DNA of 64,000 bases from Candidatus Latescibacterota bacterium (GTDB lineage Bacteria; Latescibacterota; UBA2968; UBA8231): positions 2,272,001 through 2,336,000 of the forward strand of contig OZ252098.1 in the NCBI GenBank assembly GCA_965248355.1. The letters run 5' to 3'. The notes beneath the pieces are model-generated. The model was not told the DNA's origin, ran no database searches, and saw only the letters and a list, made by a program, of their open reading frames with translations. The number at the start of each line of letters is the position of its first letter. Position 1 is the first letter of the stretch. Below are positions 9,636 to 18,749 of the stretch, piece after piece. The position numbers and the translations under genes were made by a program.

Positions 9636-11834
9636 TCACTCCGGCGACCAGGTGGTGGCGTGGACGCCCTCGTCGCGGGCGCCGGCCCACAGGGTCAGCA
9701 CGCGGCCGTCGCTCAGCAGCACCGAGCTGGTGCGCGCGTCCATGGGGTGGTAGGCGAGGATGTAGGGCTCCGGATCCCACGTCCGTCCGCCGTCGGAGCT
9801 GGCCAGCGCGCGGGGACCGCCGACGGCGTCCTTGTGGTCGTAGGTCAGCACGACGCGGCCGTCCGGCAGGCCCACGGCATCGGCGGACACCATGTGCAGG
9901 CGGGTGACCAGGAACGGGGTGGTCCAGTCGTAGCCGCCGTTTCCGGAGAACATGATCGCCTCGTTCTTGTAGCGGCCCGGTCCGACCCGGTTGAGCGAGG
10001 GCGCCGGCCAGGTCTCGCGGCCGCCTCCCTGCCCGGCGGGCGCGTCGAACAGGTCCGGGTGCAGGTACTCGCGCTGGAAGCGCGTCGCGCAGAGCAGCTC
10101 GCCCGACGGCAGCTCCAGGAGGTTCGACTCGCAGCTCCCGGGCGGCAGCACCGTCCAGTCGCCCCAGCTCCTGCCGTCGTCATGAGAGCGCAGCAGGACG
10201 TCCCCTTCGTATCCGGCCTGGTGCGCGGCATCGTTCCAGGCGTTGCTGCAGAAGCAGATCACGGTGCCGCCGGCGAGCTGCACGATGCGGCTGCCGTCGC
10301 CCTGCCCGCAGTAGCGCGTCGGCCGGGGCGCCAGCTCGGAGTCCGTCCACGTCCGCCCGCCGTCGTCGCTGCGCGCCACGCGGGGCTCGGGCGTGGGGAA
10401 CGTGCCGCGCGCCGGGTCGGCTTCGTCGGTCAGCGCGGCGTAGCTCGCGAGGAAGGTGCCGGCGCCGGTCACTCCGAAGCCGAACACCGCCGGCTCCCGT
10501 CCGGACAGCGGGATCTCGGCCACGAAGCTCCACGTGCGGCCCTCGTCGGTGGAGCGATGGATGCGGCAGTCGCGGCTGGAGTAGACCAGGCTGCCGTCGG
10601 GATGGCGGCAGACGACCGCGCCCTTGGCGCCGGCGCCGGCGAAGTAGCGGTGCTCGGCCGGCACGCGCCGGTAGGCCGTCATCTCGAAGTTCTCGACGTA
10701 GTCGCCGCCTTCGTAGCGGTCGTCCGGCCGCATGCGGACCATGCCGTTGTCCAGGTAGCCCCGTGCATCGACCTTGTCGTTCCACAGGTTGGGGTAGACC
10801 AGCGGCGGTTTCTCCAGGCCCTCCGGGGTCCAACGCACCACGCCGATCGCCGGCCGGCGGCCCCACTCGTCCATGCCGGGGCCGTAGATGGTGGGCGCGT
10901 ATGAACCCAGCGCCGCGCCGCGGTGGAAGGCGGACACGATCGCGCCGTCCGCTGTCACCGCGATGGCGGCGCTCACGCCCGCACCGGCCAGCACCGGGCG
11001 CGCCTTCTCGCGGATGGCGTAGCGGCTGAGCGCGAGCACGTGGACCTCGTCTCCCCAGTGCGTGCCGGCGTCGTCGTCGGGGGTTGAACCGACGACCGCA
11101 CGCGCGCCGTAAGGGAAGTGCGGCATGCCGTAGCTCAGCACCAGGCGGCCGTCGGGAAGCTCCGCCAGCGGTGCGGGCAGCGGCGCGAATCCCTCCGGCA
11201 CGTTCCAGGTGGCGCCGCCGTCCTCGGATTCGCCCAGCGCGATGTCACCCATAGCGCCGCCGACGGGGGCGACCAGCCGGCCGCAGCCGAGCTGCAGCGG
11301 GTGGAGCGTCCCCCCTCCGGCCGGAAGCCCGGCCGCGGGCTCCCACGCCGCGCCGCCGTCGGTCGAGCGCAGGATGCGTCCCGGCAGGCACAGCAGCAGC
11401 GCGCCGTCGGCCAGGGCGGTCAGGCAGGCGCGGGGCGAGTCGGACAGTTCCACGTCCAGGGCGGCGATCACCCGCCACGGTCCGGCGGGCTCGTCGGCGC
11501 TGACGATCAGCACGCTTCGAGTGAGGTTCGCTTCGCTCACGGCGCCGCTCCGCTGGATGGCGGCGAGGAGCGTCCCGGCCCGGCCGGCGGTCAGTGCGAG
11601 CACCACGCCGCCCGGAGCCGCGGGCGCTGCCAGGTCGGCCAGCTGCGACCAGGTCACGCCGCCGTCGCCGCTGCGCGCCAGTGACCCGCCGCGGCCTGCG
11701 AGCACGAGCTCATCCCCCTGCCGGCAGAGCAGCGGATCGGCATCGCCGAACAGCACTTCCTGGCGCTCGACGCGCAGCCGGCGGTAGCGCAGCACGTGGC
11801 GGTCGCCGTGATCGGACTCGAAGCGTTCCTTCAT
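9636..11834 (-). CDS. Sialidase-like/BNR Asp-box beta-propeller protein
   Basis: Many S-x-D-x-G-x-T-W Asp boxes (RSGDGGVTW, RSTDEGRTW, RSDDGGRTW, RSHDDGRSW, SSDGGRTW). Confidence 0.8.
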   Translation of the reverse strand: MKERFESDHGDRHVLRYRRLRVERQEVLFGDADPLLCRQGDELVLAGRGGSLARSGDGGVTWSQLADLAAPAAPGGVVLALTAGRAGTLLAAIQRSGAVSEANLTRSVLIVSADEPAGPWRVIAALDVELSDSPRACLTALADGALLLCLPGRILRSTDGGAAWEPAAGLPAGGGTLHPLQLGCGRLVAPVGGAMGDIALGESEDGGATWNVPEGFAPLPAPLAELPDGRLVLSYGMPHFPYGARAVVGSTPDDDAGTHWGDEVHVLALSRYAIREKARPVLAGAGVSAAIAVTADGAIVSAFHRGAALGSYAPTIYGPGMDEWGRRPAIGVVRWTPEGLEKPPLVYPNLWNDKVDARGYLDNGMVRMRPDDRYEGGDYVENFEMTAYRRVPAEHRYFAGAGAKGAVVCRHPDGSLVYSSRDCRIHRSTDEGRTWSFVAEIPLSGREPAVFGFGVTGAGTFLASYAALTDEADPARGTFPTPEPRVARSDDGGRTWTDSELAPRPTRYCGQGDGSRIVQLAGGTVICFCSNAWNDAAHQAGYEGDVLLRSHDDGRSWGDWTVLPPGSCESNLLELPSGELLCATRFQREYLHPDLFDAPAGQGGGRETWPAPSLNRVGPGRYKNEAIMFSGNGGYDWTTPFLVTRLHMVSADAVGLPDGRVVLTYDHKDAVGGPRALASSDGGRTWDPEPYILAYHPMDARTSSVLLSDGRVLTLWAGARDEGVHATTWSPE

Positions 11835-11850
11835 TTGGCGGTCACTATCC

Positions 11851-12006
11851 CCTTCCAGATAGGGCCGGATCGATCAGGGCGGCGATGACTCTCAGGCCAC
11901 CGCCGCAGGCCGCGCATTCGCAGGGTCGCCCATCGCAGCCGATGGCCGCGGGACGCAGCGCTCGCCGAGCCCTCCGCGGAACCAGAGCCGCCAGCTTCTC
12001 CAGCAG
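11851..12006 (-). mobile_element. IS91/ISCR-family transposase remnant A (C-terminal, multiply deleted)
   Basis: Encodes LLEKLAALVP / HRLRWATL / ECAACGG.LRVIAAL; near-identical to segments of 16340-16632. Confidence 0.85.
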
Positions 12007-13461
12007 TTAAGACAGAGAACGCCGCTCGGCTAGACTCTGGTAAACCTGTCGCCCTTCGTTGAATAGATGCAGGACTTCCTCCCGCTGTGTATCGTTTGTA
12101 AACCGCCAATCCCGGCTCACTATCTCCGTTGCACTGTCAATCGAGCGGACAAAGAACGCTGCTGAACCTTGCGCGATGTCGACGGGGAGACCTGTACCGA
12201 CATAGATGGGACTCGTGTGTGCATAGATCGGCTGTGCAAAGCTGTCACGGGCTTCCCCAAAGGCACGTGCTGCGACCCAGCCATCGGACTCGATCTGGAG
12301 GTCAAACGCCCATTCCCCACCCTGTCTCAGCCCGTCGAGTGGCACCGTCTGGGTGACCACCCCGTTGTAAACCAACTCGACAAGGTTGAGCGGGTAGTGC
12401 GATTGCCAGGTGATTTGTCCCGACGCCGTGCGAGGACACCCATTCGACGATTCGATAGCGCCGCCGGGGGGTTCCCCATCGAGATTCAGAAATAGCGCCG
12501 GTCCGTTCGTGATGAAGGTACGTCCCGCCTGCAAGCCCTTCAACCAGTTTTCATAGGTAAATTCCTCATCGGTTTGGACATAGACACGGTTGTTCGCACA
12601 GATGAACCAATCTGTCCCGGTCGATGCCGGGAGCGGGATGCCGCAGTTGAGCAGGTGATACCAGATGTCGTATTCGAGATCTTTCCAGGAGGGATCGAAC
12701 AGGTTGAAGGCATCCAACTTCCCTAACGCAGCCGCCACCGGCGCTTCCATTCCCCTTCCGTTGTGACACCACAGCACAATACCTCCCTGTCGTTTGGCGT
12801 CGTCGCAGGCGTAACAGATCGGCGGGTAGTCGGGGTCAAGGTTGCTGACAAGATCACCACGACTAACCGGCTCTACCAGATTCTCAATGTGCAAGAACAT
12901 GACATGTCCAGACCCGCCACCATAATGGGAGTTGTGGCGACTTTCCTCACCACAATCGACCAGATGGTGTGCGGTCGAATAGTCGGTCATGAATCCGAGC
13001 GGATACTTGTTGCTGGCATAGGGTAGTTCACCCCGCTGCAGGATGCTTATGACGGTTACGCTGAGGTCGTGGACTCTTGGATCGAGTCGCAATCGGTCAT
13101 CGGGCTGAGCCTCCCTCTCATTGTAGTGCAGATGTGTATTCCCCGGATACCACCCCTGCGATGGCAGATCTGCCCATCGTTTGAGATGCAGCTCGACCTC
13201 GACGGCCCCTTTTGCGGGCATCGAAACGACCTTCCGAAGGGGTTCGTACTCCGTGCCGCGCTCAACCACGATGTCCGTTGAACCACGGGGCACGTCCACA
13301 GTAAACTCCCCCGGACAGTAGAAAAATGGGTCGCCCGGACCAATCTTCAGGATACTGTCAGCCGGGTGGACAAAGTGGCCGCTGCTGGTCAGGACATGGA
13401 CTTTCGCCTCGACGGAGGCACCTGAAACGCTGTCTCGAATGACGCCTCTGAGAGTTGCCAT
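12007..13461 (-). CDS. CehA/McbA family metallohydrolase (PHP-like)
   Basis: VERGTEY, GWYPGNTHLH, WCHNG, STGTD, GRTFITNGP, AHTSPIYV; lower GC. Confidence 0.8.
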   Translation of the reverse strand: MATLRGVIRDSVSGASVEAKVHVLTSSGHFVHPADSILKIGPGDPFFYCPGEFTVDVPRGSTDIVVERGTEYEPLRKVVSMPAKGAVEVELHLKRWADLPSQGWYPGNTHLHYNEREAQPDDRLRLDPRVHDLSVTVISILQRGELPYASNKYPLGFMTDYSTAHHLVDCGEESRHNSHYGGGSGHVMFLHIENLVEPVSRGDLVSNLDPDYPPICYACDDAKRQGGIVLWCHNGRGMEAPVAAALGKLDAFNLFDPSWKDLEYDIWYHLLNCGIPLPASTGTDWFICANNRVYVQTDEEFTYENWLKGLQAGRTFITNGPALFLNLDGEPPGGAIESSNGCPRTASGQITWQSHYPLNLVELVYNGVVTQTVPLDGLRQGGEWAFDLQIESDGWVAARAFGEARDSFAQPIYAHTSPIYVGTGLPVDIAQGSAAFFVRSIDSATEIVSRDWRFTNDTQREEVLHLFNEGRQVYQSLAERRSLS

Positions 13462-13528
13462 GGAGTGGGTCCTTTCTATGACTCGTCACGTAGGGCCTCA
13501 GGGGCCCCACGGCGCGCTTCCACGCCTC

Positions 13529-14680
13529 CTACTGCCCCCAGACCTCTTCGAAGACCCGGAGGTAGTTCTCGCCGAGGAACTTGCGGATCGTGTCGTCGCC
13601 GTGGCCTCGCCGCACGAGTTCCTCGGTGATCGCGGGGACCTTGCCGATGTGCTCGAGGCCCTCCGGCGCGAGGTCGACCCCGTACTGGTCGCTGCCCAGA
13701 CCGACGTGGTCGGGGCCCATCACGTCGAGAGCGGTTTCGATGTCGTCGACCACTTCGGACAGGTTGCGGTGGGTGATGTGAATCAGTCCCAGCACGCCGC
13801 CGTTGCGAGCGATCGCCTCGAGCATCTTCCGGTCACGAGGGAGTTCGAGGCGTGTTCGCGGACGTGTGCCTCCGGCGAGGCTCGAAGCCGGATCGCTGCT
13901 GGGGAACATGGTAGGCGTGGTGTGGGAGAGAACGACCGGACGGTCGACCCGGTCGAGGATCTCCCAGAAGCCGCGCTCGCCGATGTGCACCAGGTCGACC
14001 ACGATGCGGAGTTCTCCCATCCGGTCGATGAGTGCCTTGCCGGCGGCCGTCAATCCACCCTGGTCGTCGGCGGCCCGGCAGCCGTCCGCGTAGATGTTGC
14101 GACGGGTGTGGGTCAGGCTCGCCACCCGCAGGCCGAGTTTGTAGTACAGATCGAGGAAGCGCGGCTCGGCGCCCAGCGCCTCGCAGCCCTCGAAGGAGAA
14201 GACGAGCGCGACCCGCCCATCCTCCTTGGCCTGACGGATCTCGGCCGCCGACGTGGCGAGCACCAGCTCGTCGAGGCGGTCGACTTCATGGTGCAGGTGC
14301 CAGGTCATCTCGAGCCCGCGGTGCAGCGGGCTGTTGAGCTGGTCGTCGTCGAGGTAGACCGCACAGAGTTGCGAAGTGATGCCGCCTTCACGCCACCGCG
14401 GCAGGTCGTACTGGCCCATGCACCCGAACCAGACGGTGTGCGCCGACATCCCGAACTGGGCGAAGGGGCCGGCGTCGAAACCGAGCGGCGGCTCCCAGCT
14501 CCCGGGGTCGGGGAGTTCGACCCGTTGATCGAGCGTCATCTTGCCGTCGCTGACCGGAATGAGGATGTCGCAGTGACCGTCGATCACGATCGACTCGCGG
14601 TGCAGGGCGGAGGCTTTTTCAGAGATCTCCAAGAGAGTGCTTTCTACGGCGTTGCCCTCGACGACGTAGCCGCGTGGCAC
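13529..14680 (-). CDS. Membrane dipeptidase (M19 family)
   Basis: IDGHCD, FEG, SLTHTRRN, VDLVH, SH, HVGLGSD, KFLGENYLRV; start codon uncertain. Confidence 0.88.
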   Translation of the reverse strand: MPRGYVVEGNAVESTLLEISEKASALHRESIVIDGHCDILIPVSDGKMTLDQRVELPDPGSWEPPLGFDAGPFAQFGMSAHTVWFGCMGQYDLPRWREGGITSQLCAVYLDDDQLNSPLHRGLEMTWHLHHEVDRLDELVLATSAAEIRQAKEDGRVALVFSFEGCEALGAEPRFLDLYYKLGLRVASLTHTRRNIYADGCRAADDQGGLTAAGKALIDRMGELRIVVDLVHIGERGFWEILDRVDRPVVLSHTTPTMFPSSDPASSLAGGTRPRTRLELPRDRKMLEAIARNGGVLGLIHITHRNLSEVVDDIETALDVMGPDHVGLGSDQYGVDLAPEGLEHIGKVPAITEELVRRGHGDDTIRKFLGENYLRVFEEVWGQ

Positions 14681-14799
14681 CCGCGACTCGATGCCGGGCG
14701 GAACCTCCTTGATCTGAGCCCGAGCCGGCGCGCCTCTTCGAAGCTCGGGAGGGAAGTCGCCCTGGATGACCTGTTGGGTGGGGGAGCCCCAAGTATAGG

Positions 14800-14976
14800 G
14801 TCGGGGTTCCAGCCCATCCCCGCGTTCTGGCTGTAGCCAAAGATGTGGCCGCTCGGTGCTTCGACTTGCTCTATGGTCAGCGGCAGCTTGCCACTGGGGC
14901 CGGGAGCACGGGTGCGGACTTGGTAGATCGCATCATCGGTCTCGCCGACGATTTCTGCAAAGGAATCAGTACTCAT
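14800..14976 (-). pseudogene. 5' fragment of a YjhG/YagF-type (IlvD/Edd family) sugar-acid dehydratase
   Basis: IYQVRTRAPGPSGKLPLT...PSGHIFGYSQNAGMGWNP resembles the family N-terminus; similarity stops after ~58 aa. Confidence 0.7.
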
Positions 14977-15004
14977 GCTGCCTCGTTATCTTTCTGGTTC
15001 AGTC

Positions 15005-16015
15005 CTACCAGCCCTCTTCGCGGACTTGGATTTTCTTTAACAAGGGACGCCACCAGGCTTCGTTGTCGCGGTACCAGTGGACCGTATCGCGGAAGCTCTG
15101 GCCGAAATCGACTTGCGGTTCCCAACCTAGCTGGGTGCGGATTTTGGTCGAATCGAGCAGGTAGCGGCGGTCGTGGCCGGGGCGATCATCGACGTAGGTT
15201 TTGTGCGCGGCGTCCAGCCCCAAGGCGTCGAGGATCAGGTCAGCGATGGTTTCGACGTCTTTTTCAATGCCGCTGCCAACGTTGTACGTCTCGCCGATCT
15301 CACCTTTGTTCAGCACGAGGTCGATGGCCCGGCAGTGGTCATCGACGTGGAGCCATTCGCGGCGGTTCTGGCTGGATTTGTACAGCGGCATCTTCTGGCC
15401 GGTGAGCAGGCGGACGACGAAGAAGGGGATGACTTTCTCCGGGAATTGATAGGGGCCGAAGTTGTTGGAGCAGTTCGACAGCGTCACGGGTAGGCCAAAA
15501 GTGTGGCCATAAGCGCGTACGGCTAGATCGGCGGCAGCCTTGGCCGCGTTGTACGGAGTGCGCGGCCGGTAGGGCGATTCCTCGCTGAAGGACTCGTCCG
15601 CGTCGAGGGCCAAGTCGCCGTACACTTCGCAAGTGGAAATGTGGTGAAAGCGCGGCACTTGGGCATCGGCCGCGGCCTGCAACAGCTTTTGCGTCCCCAC
15701 GACATTGGTCTGGAAAAAAGCCGAGGGATTGACAATGGCCAAGCTGTTGTGCGATTCCGCGGCAAAGTTGACCACGTAGTCCGGTCGGTGGACTTCGAAA
15801 AGATGGCGGGTCAGATCGGCATTCTGAATATCGCCGCGGACAAAGGTGTAGCGGTCCCCGTAGTTTTCTTCCACGTCCTGCAGGCTGGCCAAATTGCCGG
15901 CGTAGGTGAGCAGGTCGTAGTTGACAATGCGGTCGTCGGGATAGGTCGATAGCCAGTAGCGAATGAAATTGGAGCCGATGAAGCCGGCACCGCCGGTGAC
16001 GAACAGGGTAGTCAT
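15005..16015 (-). CDS. rfbB: dTDP-glucose 4,6-dehydratase
   Basis: VTGGAGFIGSNF, DLLTYAGN, NFAAESH, HISTCEVYG, YNAAK, NNFGPYQFPEK, DRPGHDRRY. Confidence 0.93.
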   Translation of the reverse strand: MTTLFVTGGAGFIGSNFIRYWLSTYPDDRIVNYDLLTYAGNLASLQDVEENYGDRYTFVRGDIQNADLTRHLFEVHRPDYVVNFAAESHNSLAIVNPSAFFQTNVVGTQKLLQAAADAQVPRFHHISTCEVYGDLALDADESFSEESPYRPRTPYNAAKAAADLAVRAYGHTFGLPVTLSNCSNNFGPYQFPEKVIPFFVVRLLTGQKMPLYKSSQNRREWLHVDDHCRAIDLVLNKGEIGETYNVGSGIEKDVETIADLILDALGLDAAHKTYVDDRPGHDRRYLLDSTKIRTQLGWEPQVDFGQSFRDTVHWYRDNEAWWRPLLKKIQVREEGW

Positions 16016-16046
16016 GGATGCTCTTGGTTAGAGGTTGGGTGCGTGA

Positions 16047-16680
16047 AGTATAGGTAAAATGAGGCACTTTCTTGGACTCTCGGTCAAGGCGGTGATCGCA
16101 CCGCCAGGGTCAGGCAGCCCCCTGAGAGGATCGTTTGCCCATCCTTCGACCGAGCTCGCAGTCCGGTCTGGTTGCCTGTCGGCCCGTATCCGGATCAATC
16201 CGGGGCCTGAGGGACCGTTGAAGGCACACCCAGCCGTACCCCCGGCGACGGCGACGGGTCGAAAAGGCAGGTCAGGCGGCCAACTCGAACAGCGGCTCAG
16301 GCGGGGCCCTCGGCGGGGGCCTCACCGGCAGCCCTACTCCCTCCAGATAGGTCCGGATCGAGGGCGGATCGCAGGGCGGCGATGATTCTCAGGCGACCGC
16401 CACAGGCCGCGCATTCGCTGAGGTCGGAGGAAAACACCCGCGCCAGCAGGGTCGCCCACCGCAGCCGATGGCCGCAGGACGCAGCGCTCGCATCGCCGTC
16501 CGCCGCCGACGGCTCGGCAACCGGCTGGGCCGCGATGTGGTCGCGGGCCCGGGCCAGGGGCGCCAGGACCCCGTGGTAGCGTTGGGGATGGAGCCGGGGC
16601 GGGGAACCAGAGCCGCCAGCTTCTCCAGCAGTTCCATCGGAGACAGCCGGAGATGGCGGGTCCCATCCGACCACGGCGTT
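16047..16680 (-). mobile_element. IS91/ISCR-family remnant B: transposase C-terminus (stop 16272-16274) plus ~225 bp 3' region ending in an oriIS-like motif
   Basis: TPWSDGTRH..LEKLAALVP..RYHGVLAP..WATLLARVF..ECAACGGRLRIIAAL..YLEGVGLP..LFELAA* with frameshifts; downstream end reads AAAGTGCCTCATTTTACCTATAC on the minus strand. Confidence 0.85.
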
Positions 16681-17119
16681 TGCCACCGCCCCGGTGTCAA
16701 TCGCTTGGGTCACCTGTCCCGGTCTCTGAAGGTGCATGGCGACAACCACCGCAGTCTCCTCCCGGAGTCTGCGGTATGCTTCGAAAGTCGCGTGGAAAGG
16801 GATCCTCAAAAACAATGTGCTTTTTGTCGCCGAACAGCCGGTAAAGAGGGAGCCCTCGTCGGTTTGGAGGCGAAGAACGTCGTGTCGGCGTCGATCGAGG
16901 TTTTCCGGGTACGCTGGGCGCTGGTGCCATTCTTCGTCGCTGGACAGTATTCCCTCTAGTCTCAACCGCTTTCAGGTAATGGTTTGCTTGCGCAACGGAT
17001 GCATGGTGATGTGGATGAATAACAGTCGATCAAGCTGCTGTCATTGTGCGTCGGTCGCGTCCGTTGCATATTCATGCGGGACATCAATATAGCACCTTTT
17101 TGCCATGGAAAGACCTCGG

Positions 17120-18703
17120 ATGAAGGACTCTTCGATCTACATTCCCGTTTACGACTGGGACTCGACTGCATCACTGCCGCAATCCTGGGGGTCTCCGCCT
17201 CTTGGCTGGCAGTACGCCAAGCGCCTAGTGCTGGTAAACGACACAGCACACGACCGCCGGGACGAACCGGTCGAAGCGGACGTGGACATTCACGCCGCCC
17301 ACGTCACCGACCTCGGCCGAGAGGTCCGCGTTGCCCGTCTCCACAGCGAAAACGGTCCTATAGAAGTCGTGCCTAGCCAGGCGCATCTCATGGACCGCGA
17401 GGATGAATTGCTGCGCTGTCGGCTGTTTTTCCTTGCCGATGTGGCCGCCGGGGGTTCGGCGACCTACCTCTTGCTATACGGCAACCCCGAGGCGCCCGAG
17501 CCTTGCTACGACACCGACCTCAAGGTCTCGGGTGAAGGGCATGCTCTTGAGGTGGAAAACGAGTATTACCGCGCGGTCCTCGGAAAGAAGAACGGCAACT
17601 GGAAGAATCACTACTCGAAAAGGGGGCCAGCCGAACTCGTAAATCGACACGGCCACGGAGTCGAAGGCACCATTCACTGGGGGCCTGACTGGAGCGACGA
17701 GCGCGTCGGCCGCTACCGGCTGACCAACTGGGACGGCCCGCCCCTGTTCGACTACGATGTGATCAGGGGGCCGGTCTGCGTGCGCATCCGCCGCTGGGGC
17801 CACCCGATCTTGTCAATCGGTCCCCAGGTCGGCCGGCCCCACAAGGTCATGGCTACCGTGACTTACAGCTTCTGGGCCGGTCAGCCCTACGTCATCATGG
17901 AATCGAAGCTCGAGGTTCTCGAGGACGTGCGTTTCCGCGACTGCCGCAACGACGAGTTCGTCATCGGCGAGCAGCTACCCGAACGAGCTTGGATGGGACC
18001 GGAGGGAGAGATCGGTTTTGGGGCCCGGGGCTGGCAGCGCGAGGACCCGCGCTGGGTGACCCATTTCAACCGCGAAACCGGCGAGGGATTCGGTAGCATT
18101 CACCTCCAATTCGAGAACACCAACCCAAGTTGGCCGCAGCCGGCCCACACCGGATTCTCGCACACCGGCACTTGGGTCCGCTATCCGGTGCAGCACGCGG
18201 CGATGCGCGCTGGCGAGCACGTGTACGAAAGGAACGCCTATGTCCTGCACCGGTACGAAGAGGGAGGAGAGCACGGCGGCCTCGCCGACCTCGTCAGCCA
18301 CCAGCAGCGTCTGCTCAACCCGATCACCCAAGGCGAGGCCCCTCCGGCTCCCAGGCCGATCAACCTCGACAATGTCATGGACGCGCTGCGGGCCACCAAC
18401 GAATTCGAGCTCTACGTCCAGGGATCACCCTGGGGACAGCGCCAGCTTAGCTTCGTCGATATCGGAATCGTGCGCGACGTCGCCATCCAAGGGAGCGACA
18501 TCCGCGTCGACATCGTCATGCCGTACGCGGGACGCGAAACGTGGTTCGATTGGTTTTCCGCTGGCATTGAGGAGCAGGTCCGCGCTCGTTTGCAGGACGT
18601 CGGCGAGGTCGAAGTGCGCCTCGTCCGCGAGCCGAAATGGACCCCGCAGCGATTGAACGACCGCGCCCGCCGCGTCATCGGGCCTCTAGATGCACCGGGA
18701 TAG
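17120..18703 (+). CDS. Hypothetical protein: beta-sandwich N-terminal region fused to a C-terminal DUF59-like domain
   Basis: C-terminus VMDALRA...SFVDIGIVRDVAI..IRVDIVMP..EPKWTPQRL resembles DUF59/MIP18; start 17105 or 17120. Confidence 0.65.
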   Translation: MKDSSIYIPVYDWDSTASLPQSWGSPPLGWQYAKRLVLVNDTAHDRRDEPVEADVDIHAAHVTDLGREVRVARLHSENGPIEVVPSQAHLMDREDELLRCRLFFLADVAAGGSATYLLLYGNPEAPEPCYDTDLKVSGEGHALEVENEYYRAVLGKKNGNWKNHYSKRGPAELVNRHGHGVEGTIHWGPDWSDERVGRYRLTNWDGPPLFDYDVIRGPVCVRIRRWGHPILSIGPQVGRPHKVMATVTYSFWAGQPYVIMESKLEVLEDVRFRDCRNDEFVIGEQLPERAWMGPEGEIGFGARGWQREDPRWVTHFNRETGEGFGSIHLQFENTNPSWPQPAHTGFSHTGTWVRYPVQHAAMRAGEHVYERNAYVLHRYEEGGEHGGLADLVSHQQRLLNPITQGEAPPAPRPINLDNVMDALRATNEFELYVQGSPWGQRQLSFVDIGIVRDVAIQGSDIRVDIVMPYAGRETWFDWFSAGIEEQVRARLQDVGEVEVRLVREPKWTPQRLNDRARRVIGPLDAPG

Positions 18704-18749
18704 TACCCTGGCCACCGAGGAGCTGCCTTTTTCATCGAGGCGAAGGCAT

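Noticed and set aside
16690..17100. Short ORFs in the low-GC spacer
   Set aside because: No recognisable motifs or consistent coding signal; left unannotated.
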